Shown here: positions 40,001 to 51,563 of the stretch, piece after piece
Position numbering within the stretch: the stretch's first letter is position 1
Layout: the number at the start of each line of letters is the position of its first letter
Source of the DNA: Pocillopora damicornis
Taxonomy: Eukaryota
Assembly: GCF_003704095.1 (NCBI RefSeq)
Contig: NW_020847248.1
Location: 868,001 to 932,000 of the forward strand
Direction of reading: 5' to 3'
Length of the DNA stretch: 64,000 bases
Made by a program: the position numbers and the translations under genes
The notes under the pieces: generated by a model
What the model was told of the DNA's origin: nothing
The model's database searches: none
Seen by the model: the letters and a program-made list of their open reading frames with translations, nothing else

Positions 40001-43000
40001 ACTATGCTTACTGAGAACAAACTCGGTTAAAAAATCTGTTGAATTAAAGAAGAAAGAATTTTCACGAATTCGCCTTATAGAACAAGGCTGTCCTCAGGAC
40101 CTCGTCGAAGAGATCTAAGCCGAATTACAATTCTCATCACGCAACACGCAAACAAAACGAAAACATTTAGAAAGATTTTGCCGTTCGTTACGACTTTCAA
40201 CCCTGCTAACAAGAATCTTAAAAAGATTCTTATGAAACAATGGCATCTTATTTAAGGCAACAATTGTTGCTTATCGGAAGGACAGGTCTCTAAAAGATTC
40301 TCTTGTTATAGCGCAACTTCCTTCACTTTAATTACAAAACAGCATCGAGGAGTTATAATATTAATTCATAATATGTAGAGAGACTGCGTAATATATCGTA
40401 AGTATTTTTTTTTGCAGATACATGGTTTGGGTGGAGCACGATTACGCAACGAGGAAGATAATGCGTGCAGATTTGACAGGCGAAAATCCTGTAGAGTTGC
40501 AAAAACTTTTTTATGGCTTGCCTCTATATGTCATTATTAATCACAGCGATAGTCGAGTGTACTGGACCGATATTCATCGTTCATTTACTTTTATTGGGTC
40601 AATTGGAATTAACGGAAATCATTTCAGACGTGAGAAATATCTTCATCCAACTTATTTCCCATTTGATTTGGCAATCTCTCAAAATATCTTTTATTGGGCT
40701 GACCAGAATTTGCATGGAGTCTCGTGGTTCAATCAGAGTTCGTCTTCCAGTGTGGTGAATCTTCAAAATCTATCTCCTCTTGATTTAATTGGAGTGGCAA
40801 TATCTGATTCATCAACTCAACCAATAGGTATTTGATAAACATCTTTGAGATGCATGATTTCATAAAGTGTCATGCGGCAGAAACGATTTGAAGTCAGAGT
40901 ATGAAGAGAGGGTTTAGTCACTATGTGCCTACCTTTTTTAGTTAGTACTGTTAAAATGTCTCTCGAAATCACCATCTGAAGTATATATACTTTTCAAAGC
41001 TTCTTGTAGAGACCAGTGGCATAGTTAAGTCCTAATCAAATTTCATCCACGACCCGCTTTCATTGGCAAGCCCTATTGTTAAAGAAAATTCTAAGTAGCA
41101 GTTAAATGACAAAACCTTTTTTTTCATGGGGGAAAGTTTCCCATTCGACAAAGAAAAATATCAAGGGAACACTCATCAGGGAAATTAATCTCTGTAAATG
41201 AGTCCTCTTTCAGTGAAAACGGCGCAAATTTATATTCTTCTCTATTTTCAGCGATCCAGGAAAATCCGTGCGTAGTCAATGATGGAAATTGCAGCAATTT
41301 GTGCCTGTTAACCCCAGGAAGGGCAAGAAAGTGCGCCTGCCCTGAAGGAATTAAATTAAGGAATGACAGCATCACTTGTGAAAACGGTAAGTGAGTACAA
41401 CCAAGAAATGACTTAGATGAGAATGCAAATGATCATTGATTAAGCTAGGACTAGAGTAACTATTACTGCTGCTGTTTACAGTACTCTACGAAATTATTAC
41501 AGTTTTAGGGTGTAGACCATAAATCCTACGCTCTAAACTTTTCAACAAATTCATGACGCCAAAAGCGCATAACCTAGGTTATATGCTTTTGATGCCGCTG
41601 AATTCATAAAAACTCCCTAAACAGTACTCTGTAGATAAAAAATGAAAGTTTGTGGCCTTATAAAGAAAATCACTTTTACGATATCATGTCACATTTCATG
41701 AAATACGTCCAGACGTTCACTCTGAAGTGAAGATTGCGCCTCTAAGTAAAAATGAATACTAACTCAGCCAATGTCTTGGAGTCTAAAACAGCGTATAATG
41801 AGAGACAAAGCAGTAGTGAAAAACTGAGAATGGCGACGATAGTTTTTAGGCGAAACGTGAATCATTTCATCATGGCTCTAATGCAAGAATATGTTTGGTT
41901 CTGTAGAAACTGCGGCTGCAACACTACCACCGCCCCTTCCAGGTATGTTCTCAATCCTTAGCATATTAAGCACTTTAAATTAAGGTCGTGAATACAATGG
42001 TCAAAATATCGCTAGCTTTGCACGAAGTTGCTATCACAGGTGCAGTCCAGGGAGCATTTTGTTATCAAAACAGTAAGCGATTCACATCATTACCGACTGC
42101 CATTAATGACTGTATATTCTATCAGTGCAAATCAGAATTGACGGAATTCATTGATGACAAGTGTTCTTCATCACACTTAAAGGAAAATGGTCTTTTTCGT
42201 TCAGTTAAGTTTTGATTAAAATATGGTGGAACGGACAGCTCTAAAAAGTTCCATATATACAGGAAGCCAACATAATTAAAAGTTGCTATGAACACTAGGA
42301 AGTTAAACACCACTACTTACAGACTTATGTTGCTTGAACCTCTAGCCATACAAGTTCGCCTCAGGCCCCGGAGCGCCTCCAAGGAAGGTAAAGGCCGTGT
42401 CGAGGTTTTCTATAACGAAGTTTGGGGAACAATTTGTGATGACTACTGGGGTCTCGACGAGGCGCACGTTATCTGTCGCATGTTGAACTATTCGGGAGCA
42501 CAATTTGCACCCCGGAATGCATTCTTTGGCCGTGGATCAATTTTTATGCCAATTCACTTAGACAATATTAAGTGTCGAGGCGACGAGTCGACAATTGCTG
42601 CGTGTCGCCATAATGGTTGGGGCCAAAATGACTGCTTACATTCAGAAGATGCCAGTGTGGTATGTTGGACCGACTCGGCTCCTCCTATTCAAGGTATGGA
42701 GCCTCTTGTAGTACAGCGTTCTCGCGATGAACAATTCCTCTTTATTGTTTGTTCGTCGTTTAAACGATAGTTGTTATATTTCTGATTTGTATTTGTAACA
42801 ATAGAATATTTTGATTCACTAGAATTGCAAGAGTGCACCAGGAGTCTCTAACTTCTGTGTTTAGAAATGGCTCAGTTCCTCTTTCATTCACTCCTTTCTT
42901 ATTGAAACTATGAGAGTTACCAACGCCAAGAGGTCTTAATTTCGTAATCCCTCTGTTAAAGTTGTACATTCTGCCTTCCAGTGTGGATAAGGATGCTCAT

Positions 43001-46000
43001 TGCTGAGCTCTGTTCCACAAGTACGATCAAAATGTTCAAGTTCAGCGATCGTATGATAAAAAGCCAAATATTTTATTCCACTTTGCAGAGCCAACTTTGG
43101 CCCCTGGACCCTATCCAGGTACTTGTCTCTTTTGAATTTTGAAGTTAGTTGATCACTGTATCTTGTTCCACGTATAACAATGTATGTAAAGTTACGCTGT
43201 GTACTATTGAATGGCCTCGTGCCGGCGCCTTCTAGTGAAGGTGATGAAGATGGTGGTAACAACATTGAAGATGGCGGCATTGACCACTTCATTCTGCAAT
43301 GATACCTTGAAGAAATGAGGAATCAAAAGCGGTCCTTCACTGCGCATAATTTGCTGAAATTAGACCATTGAGTATGATTTTCAAGACTGTATACTTTCGA
43401 GATTGATTATTTCGATCAGTTCCTTGCTAAATTCGATCAATCGCTCGAGAGCTAAGGAGAATTCACAATAGGTGATACAGACATGGATTGGTTAAAGCTA
43501 ACACTCTCAGTGTAACCCGAATCTTCCCGTAGGGAAGTCCAAAATATCTACTGCGATATAAATGTAGTATGATGAGTCTTTAGAAATGTATAATTTAATA
43601 GTTTTATGATTCCTTGTCTCACTTCAGAACTAAAAGTGCGATTACAAGGTGGAGACAATTATTATAAGGGTAGAGTTGAAATTTACCTGAATGGAACCTG
43701 GGGAACAGTATGTGACGACTCTTGGGGAATTGAAGAAGCCAACGTCATTTGCCGAATGCTGAACCACACAGAAGGAGCCGTCAGCACGCAGTGCTGTGGA
43801 TTCTATAATGGATATGGCGTTTCCGAAAAGATTTGGCTGGATGATGTTCACTGCGTTGGAGATGAAAATAGCATCGCGGAGTGTCGCCATGGCGGCTGGG
43901 GAAAACACAACTGCCGTCACTCAGAAGATATAGGGGTCGTTTGCAAGCATGCTCCATTATCAACACCAGGTATACCTCGTTTTTCTTTCTTTCTCTTTTT
44001 TTCAATTCCCCAGCCACCGTTGCCTGTCTCCCTTCCTTCCCATTTCAAATATTTCTTTAATTACACTTAAGTCCAATATCGGCTCTGTTATACCGAAATT
44101 ATCGGAAGGACAATTTTAAATCCTGAAATCGCTTGTTTATTTACCGTTTAGCTTCAACTCATGTAATCTGTGCCATGACATTCAGTTAAATTTCTAAAAT
44201 TAAATTAAGGATATTTCTTGTCGAGGAATAAGTGGTTGTGCTGTTGACTCTCCTCTCCGGGTAATAGGTGAACGCACAGATGCAAAGAAAATTGAATGGG
44301 ATAGAAAGAGAGGCAGGGATAACCATGCCCTTAGACGAGTAACACCACCTAGGCACACTTAGCCACTTTGATAACAGAGGCGCTTCTATTCTTTCCCCCT
44401 TCGTTTTTGTAATATAAGTCTACAGTGTTCATTATTGTTTTCTATCAAGATCAAATTGTGCGACTAGCAGACGGAGCTCGAGAGAGCGAGGGACGTGTGG
44501 AAATATTCCATAATGGAGAGTGGGGAACGGTTTGTGATGATCACTGGGATATCAACGATGGAGATGTTGTATGCAAAATGCTAAATTACTCGAGAGCACT
44601 GCGAACCCCCAAACAGGCTTTCTTCGGTCCAGGAAATGGTAAAATTTGGCTTGGCAATGTGAAATGTAGCGGGAATGAAACAAGTCTTTTGCAGTGTGGA
44701 AACCCGGGTCGGAATGTTGACATTTGTGACCACCACGAAGATGCATCTGTTATATGCGAAACTGAGGCACCACATTTAGGTAAATTAAAAACCCTTTGAG
44801 GGTCACATGGTATATGTTGTATAAACCTAATTTACTTAACTTTACAGTTCACCACCCTTTTACACTCTCAGAGTTTTGATTTATTTAACATTTAGCTCTA
44901 TAGCCTCAACTACTTGCTAGGAACTCGAGCAACGAACTTCGGATCGCAAAGAAATTGAACAAAAGGATTAATGAAAGAGTGTTAGTGCAGGTAATCCCAC
45001 GACACTGAGAGAATTTTTCTACCTTTAAACAAGGTTGTGCAACCAGGTCATTTTTTTTAAGGTCAATTTTAGAGGTTTTTTAACCAGGTCACTTTTCGAA
45101 GGTCAATTAGATAAAGTAGATTTCGTTCGGAATTAAGAAAATTTCGGAATGAAAAGTAGTCTTGAGAACAGATATGTTTGTAAAATACTACAAGCCCCCC
45201 AAAACCAGAAGATATTCGATGAAGAAGGTTAAAAGCGACTGTTTTTTTTTCTTCAGAATCCAAAAGTTTTATTCTAGCATGTGGACTCGGACGAGAACTT
45301 CTTTATCATGTCCCTCTTGATACGAATCTGCCTGAAAAAGGTATGCCCCTGGCAATAGAGACTAACACTCCACTGGCAGTAACCTTTAACATTGAAGACA
45401 ACTTGATGTACTGGACAGAACAATCTGGATCTATTCATCGTGCTTATTTGAATGGCAGCTTCAGGGAAGTCTTATTAACAGACCTCATCCGGCCCACGGC
45501 TATTGAAATAGACCACGTGGGTAATAACCTATACGTGGCAGATCAAAATGGTGTCACAGTATCGAAGCTTGATGGTTCATATCAGACTCTCCTGATCAAC
45601 ATGACATCTTGTCATGGAATTGCTTTAGACAGCGTAGCAGGGTAAGATTTCTTTTTCTTTTTTTTATAATCTTCATTGCTTGCACACATATGCATCATAA
45701 CATTTCCTGCACTCTGACTAAAAAAGTTTTCCATTTGAATTTATTTTCCACAGGTATATATATTTCACTGTGACTGGTATTAGTCCAAGAATATTACGCG
45801 CAGACATGGATGGTAAAAATCCGCTTGTTTTGGCCAATGTGTCCTCCATAAGAGGAACCATATTGGACATAGCATTGGACAAGGTCAACAATCGACTTTT
45901 TTACTCGGACGAAGGCAACAACATGGTGAAGTATATCAATTTAACCAGTGGAGTGCATCACGCTGTGCTGTACGGTAATCCTCGCAGACCAGTTGGTCTT

Positions 46001-49000
46001 GCCTTATTCAATGGAACCCTTTACTGGACCGGTGAAGGGACTGTGGAGTTGTTTAGTGGTGGCATCTATAAGGTTAAAGCTGACACTTTAAATGGGGGCA
46101 TCGTTCGTGAGGTGGTGGACCTTCTTTCGTATCCTAAAGGAATATATGCTCATGACGCCCGAATGAAGATACCAGCAGGTGGGATCTTTATTAAAAAAAG
46201 TCTCGCCATAATCATTTTTTGCAACAACAAAAAAACGGTTTTAACCTTATTTTCTTTTTTTGCTTTCGTCTCTTATTTTTGTTTTCGATCATTATCTGCT
46301 AAAGTGGGTTTCTTGGCATATGAGAGGAAAACTGATCGATAAAGAAGGAGAGAGAGCAGAGAGGACCAAGAAATAAGCTCACAAGTTACTCCAAAACCAG
46401 TCGTGCAGCATGAGAGAATTTGTGTCAGTTGTCTTCTGTAAACATTTTTTTAGAAAATGATTTCAAATGAATGGTATCAATCGTAGAAATCGGAATATAA
46501 TTAAAAAAGAGACTTACACTATCCTTTACGAACCCAGGTTTTACTAAATGCTTTCGACTGTGCGCAAATAAAGCATTTCGTTGTGACGCGAAATTTTGTG
46601 CACGGTACGCATGCAATGCTTGATTTTTTTTTATTTGATCGAGGTAAAAGTTGTAACAGCTCAGTGCATTAGCATTCGAGTCAAGGTAATACAAAATATT
46701 CTGCTTTTGAATTACTTTCTACTTTTTTTTTTGCCTTTAGTCGATGATAGTCATCCTTGCGCTAGAAACAATGGCAGTTGTTCCCACCTCTGTTTAATAA
46801 ACCCAACAGGCCACAGCTGCATCTGTGTCGGAGCAGGTTCATGCCAGACATCTGTCAGCTCATCAGCCTCTATTACAAGCGCCATGTCCTACTCATCAAC
46901 AACTCATGCTACTGCAACATCAACAGAAATTCATGCTTCAGCCTCAGTTTCTTTATCAATCTCATCTCCGATGTCCTCATCATCACCTTCCATGACCTAC
47001 CATATGGTGACTGAACACGCACACACAACAACAGTCAACTTTTCCCCTTCACCGGTGGCTCCGACGGCAACACGTGTAAGCCTTACACCTTCCCAAACCC
47101 CGTCTGATATCTGTGCATCGCAAAATCCTTGTGAGGATCGAGGTAGCTGCCAAGCTGATGTTATCGAAGGCTACAAATGCGTGTGCTTGGAATATTTTAT
47201 TGGCCAAGACTGTTCAATAGACATAAGTATGTTATTTAGTTTGGTGGTTAAATAGTTATAGTGTTTGTCTTCCTTTGTAACTGTCATAAGAGGGGGAAGT
47301 GATCACGTTGGAGTACAGGTTCGCATATAAAATATATAGGCTTGTTAGATACGAAACTATGCCTTCAAAGCGTAAAAACAACGACAACTAGTAAAATTAC
47401 ACTCTTACATGTTCTTCTTCATTGCCTTTTCATTCCAGTTAACATTTTTCTTCCTATTCTTACAACAGCTGATGAAGCAATTCAGAGTACATGGTGTGAT
47501 TAACAAACCAGAAAGCGTGGAACAGAGGGGGGAAGGGGGTTGGCGTGGGAAAGCAGATTTTGTTTGAAATTTGGCAAGTGTTTCATGAAAAGCTTAACCA
47601 CTGAGGTCCCTGGAAAAAGGAGTTCAATTCGTCTTTTTGATAAATGTTTACAAAGTTTGAATACAAAGTCGCGTATATCTAAAGCCCTGTCTACATGGTA
47701 ATTACCTGCAAGAATGCTCTTGTCTGTTATAGAGCGAGAAGAGGAGGTAAAACTTATCGCTTGATATTTTGATTTTCTCCACAGGTGAAGGAGTGGTGGT
47801 CCTTGTCATAAAAATTCAAGGAAATGAGGTAAGGGGGAGAGGTTACTGCCTAATATAGAGGAATCAGTCTCTAGGATTTTACAATAAGAACTAAAAATGC
47901 ACCCTCTCTCGACATTATTATTATCAGGGAATTAAGAGGAAAGAGGTTACCGCGGTATCTAATTTATTTCTAAAATTTGCTGATTACAATTGCATGTGCT
48001 CAAATTATCCAGACAACATAATAACCGATTAAAAACACCTTTCCTTTCGAAATCCTCAAAATGAAAAATTGTATTGCAAGAATAAGCTTACAGAGTAATA
48101 AATTTAAATTTTCATGAAATTTACTGTAAACGTTTTAACTCCATTCCACAGTTCAACAAAACCGACCTGAAGCAAGTCATCCTTCAAATCTTGAATCGCC
48201 TCTGTGAAGATCCCGAAAGCGAACAGTGTCCAATAACAACATCAGGGTAAGCAAATGCTGATAAAGGTAAACCTATTTCCCCCGAGCAGGCCTGTTCTTT
48301 GTTCTGGAATTTCTTGTAGAGTTAACAGTTCAATGTGAACAAGGCCAAACTCATCGACTTTTCAAACTGTGGGCTGTGCTCGTCCATATCCTTTGTTTAA
48401 CATTCACAAATGCCTCAAAGTTGGAAAACCACTAGTAAACACCACGAAATGATGAGGATATTTAGTATTATCAACTGAGTTGATAACGTAAACTAACCAT
48501 CATAAAGAGTTTCAAAGCTGATGTTTCAAGTGTTAACCTTTCGTTAGCCCTTCGTCATTCGCTCTGACGAGGAGCGAACGCCCGAAACGTCAGCTCTGAA
48601 ACTCTTTAGTGACCAATTTACCTCATAAACTCAGTCGATAATACTAAACTAGCCTGACTTTAAACATATGAAAATCATAAATGTGTGCTGCGGTTGAAGA
48701 AATGAATATAGAAGCGATCCTCGCAGTTATGAACACTATTGAACNNNNNNNNNNNNNNNNNNNNNNNNNNNNNNNNNNNNNNNNNNNNNNNNNNNNGCTA
48801 ACTAGCCAGCTGGGAGCTGGTCATTATGTTGGATCCAAATAAGACCTTAAAGTGGGGAATAATGACTGTAAATATATGAAAATCATATATGTGTACCGCG
48901 ATTGAAGAAACGAATATAGAGGCCATCCTCGTAGTTATGAACACTACTTAACTACCTATTTTAAGTAATAGTTGAAACATTAGAGCCTTATTTCAACTAC

Positions 49001-50892
49001 TAGTTAAGTAGTGTTCATAACTGCAAGGATCGCTTTTATGTTCGGTACTTAATTAGCCTGTTATACTCAGCCACCGACGCAGCATCACAGTTTCTCTAGA
49101 CACTTACCCCCTTTAACGACCAAACGATCGTTTCACAGATATGTCTGTTAAGCTTAATTTGAGAATCACAACAAAGATCTCCAGTAGCTGCGAAGCTCTA
49201 ATGGCAAATTGTAAGCTTTATTGAGGTGCCGTTTCCATCTTATAGAGGTGTTAAACTGTGGAGACCTTATAATGTTTTTATTTGCCAATTTCTTAAGCGG
49301 GGCAAGAAGAAAACGAGAAGTGCCAAAGGAAACTTTCAGTCACGCAGAGGTCATAGTAAAGGAACCGAAAAAAATCAATGGTAACCTTCAAGTAGAGCTA
49401 GCTGTCATCAAACGGATGTCCAATGGTTCAATATTTGTTATATCTGGCGCAAATCTTGCCAGGATAGTAAACGCTTCGGCGGCAGAAATCGGTCATAAAC
49501 TGGGAGGGACGTTATTAAGTGTCATGTCGAAATTCCCTGGACCAACAGCTCAGGCTACACAGTCTACCATGCCGGTTGATAATTCCACGACAATAACACA
49601 AAAACAACCCCAGGATAGCACGACAGTACCTGGAACAACGACCGGTCAGGTACCAGCTGGTCCGGGTTCTGCAGCTGCCAATAAGGGAGGAGGAGACAAC
49701 GGTGGAGTTATCGGCGGTGTGGTGGTAGCCTCCCTTGTTATCATCATCTTGGTTATCGCACTGGCGGTCTGGTATTTCAGGTAATAAACTTTGATTCATG
49801 ATTTCCTTAATTCATACTAGCAAAGATTAAAAAAACCAAAACCCTCCATGGTAAGCAACCAACGGAAGATAACAGCCAGTTTTTTTTTCTCTATTCATCT
49901 CAAATGAGGGAAAAAGAGAGCAGCACAGAATACAATAAAAAATACGAAAAAAGGGAACTAAAACCATATAAAACCTAACAATAATATAATAATATTTAAT
50001 ACTTATATTGCGCTTTTTCTATAAAAATACTGAAACATGTACATGTACATGTACTCAGCTGCTAGACATGTACGACTGAAATGGAGATCAAACACCAAAC
50101 AAAAGTGTGGATAATTGAGGTTGATTCTTAATGTATTGAGAGAATTTCCACTTTTGTTTCCTTGTAAACGGAAGAAAAAACATACCCTGAAGGCGATACA
50201 TTTGCAAAAACAAAAAAAAAACTATCGAAAGCGAGCGTTTGTCCTAATACAGCAGCAAAACTCGAGTAATCTTTAAACAAGAGGGTGTGTCGTGTGGTTG
50301 CTACTAATGAATCACTCTAAAGCGAAATCCTGAGGGAAAACAATGAATTCAACGCAATTGTTCAGCTCGTTGTAAACTAAGAATGAATAACGGAGGACGT
50401 AGCTAAAAACTATCACCAGAAGCCTATTAGTAAAAAAAGCTGAAAAAATTGAAATGTAACAAAAACCAGAATCAAGTAGCACAATTCGTTTCTTTGCAAT
50501 ATTTCCTAATCCATTTCATTGGTTTTTTTCTGTCAAAAGGGTAAAAATTCCAAGTCTCGCTTTTTCTTACAAAAGGAACAGTGATGGTCCTGAGCTACGA
50601 GTGGCTTCGTTTGAGAATCCCGGATATGAAACCGGAATAGGATTTGCGACACATGGTGATGATCTATACCAAGATCTACCTCCGCCGGTTGTTCTATCCC
50701 CGTACGAGGATCTCAATGACTATGGCGCTGTTAGCAATCCTATGTACTCTGAATTTGGCGCCGACCATGAAGCTTCGGTTAGGAGGTCTAATTTCGGTAC
50801 AAGTTTGTTCAGCAGCCATGGGAAAGAAACCGAGATTGGAGCGAATGATGCTAAGAAAAGCAATGGAAGTATGGCAGTAAATAAGATCTCTT
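37084..50892 (+). CDS. LRP-like/SRCR hybrid receptor B: signal peptide, YWTD propeller, EGF, 3x SRCR, YWTD propeller, EGF, Ser/Thr stalk, EGF, SEA-like domain with RRKR, TM, tail with NPxY and ITAM; stop codon hidden in the gap. Exons 37084-37192, 39347-39764, 40418-40827, 41252-41386, 42346-42693, 43628-43969, 44450-44779, 45257-45641, 45754-46178, 46741-47226, 47785-47828, 48152-48246, 49298-49780, 50540->50892
   Basis: IYWTD repeats; three GRVE..WGT[IV]CDD..W...C..L...I[WH]L[DG]..C.G.E..C....C.H.ED..V.C SRCR domains; TM GGVVVASLVIIILVIALAVWYF; exon phases consistent and matching receptor A. Confidence 0.9.
39978..40330 (+). mobile_element. Penelope-like retroelement ORF remnant (region C-terminal to RT), frameshifted and with stops
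   Basis: Reads FVKGEALCLLRTNS...KILPFVTTFNPANKNLKKILMKQWHLI...IVAYRKDRSLKDSLV, resembling the PLE post-RT segment. Confidence 0.7.
48461..48648. mobile_element. Inverted pair of Penelope-like terminal repeats (palindrome) containing minimal hammerhead motifs
   Basis: tttagtattatcaactgagtt ... aactcagtcgataatactaaa arms; + strand gct-CTGACGA-ggagcgaacgccc-GAAA-cg-TC-agc at 48561-48594. Confidence 0.75.
48665..49045. repeat. Tandem repeat with a unit of about 210 bp spanning an N-gap, ending in an inverted partial unit
   Basis: atatgaaaatcata..gtgt..gcg.ttgaagaaa.gaatataga...atcctcg.agttatgaacacta occurs twice; its reverse complement tagtgttcataactgc.aggatcgc is at about 49008-49035. Confidence 0.75.
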
Positions 50893-51255
50893 NNNNNNNN
50901 NNNNNNNNNNNNNNNNNNNNNNNNNNNNNNNNNNNNNNNNNNNNNNNNNNNNNNNNNNNNNNNNNNNNNNNNNNNNNNNNNNNNNNNNNNNNTAGTTTCA
51001 CATTTTTAATTATATTTTTCTAAAAGATCTAGTTAGCTCTAATTGCGACACACAATAACGAAAGGGCGAGGTTTAGCTAAATTATTTTATGGTTTTGTTT
51101 GTTATTAAAAAGTCCATATTTTTGGATGGAAACCATGTTAGGAGTTTGTTCAATTTTGTGAAATTTAAATTATGGGCATTGCTACTTATTTCGCAGCATT
51201 TTTAAACCAGTGTAATTCATAGCTCAGACGCCTTGTTAATCTCTTCGCCGTCTTC

Positions 51256-51563
51256 TCAAACAAGAACGGTTTGGCCTTTGTTTTCACGCCCCTGGTTTGT
51301 ACCAGTCTCCTTGCCATCATGTTTCATTTTGACCACACTGTTATCTTCCAAAGAGATCTTATTTACTGCCATACTTCCATTGCTTTTCTTAGCATCATTC
51401 GCTCTGATCTCGATTTCTTTCCCATGGTTGCTGAACAAACTTGTACCGAAATTAGACCTCCTGACCGTAGCTTCATGGTCGGCGCCAAATTCAGAGTAAA
51501 TAGGATTACTAGCTGTGCCATAGACATCGAGATCCTTGTCCGGGGATAGGACAACCCAGGCGG
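51256..51563 (-). pseudogene. Inverted partial duplicate of the last exon of receptor B
   Basis: 51351-51563 is the reverse complement of 50682-50892 with about 16 substitutions and a 2-nt indel (counted by eye), and continues LEDNSVVKMKHDGKETG...VLV*. Confidence 0.85.

Noticed and set aside
48665-49045. CRISPR-like array
   Set aside because: Eukaryotic context, about 210-bp units with no unique spacers, no cas genes
23252-50892. Calling the receptors LRP4, LRP5/6 or pro-EGF orthologs
   Set aside because: No LDL-A repeats, no PPPSP motifs, and extra stalk, SEA-like and SRCR modules; no gene symbol assigned. A gap in intron 1 of A could hide an exon, but the N-termini of both paralogs align without one
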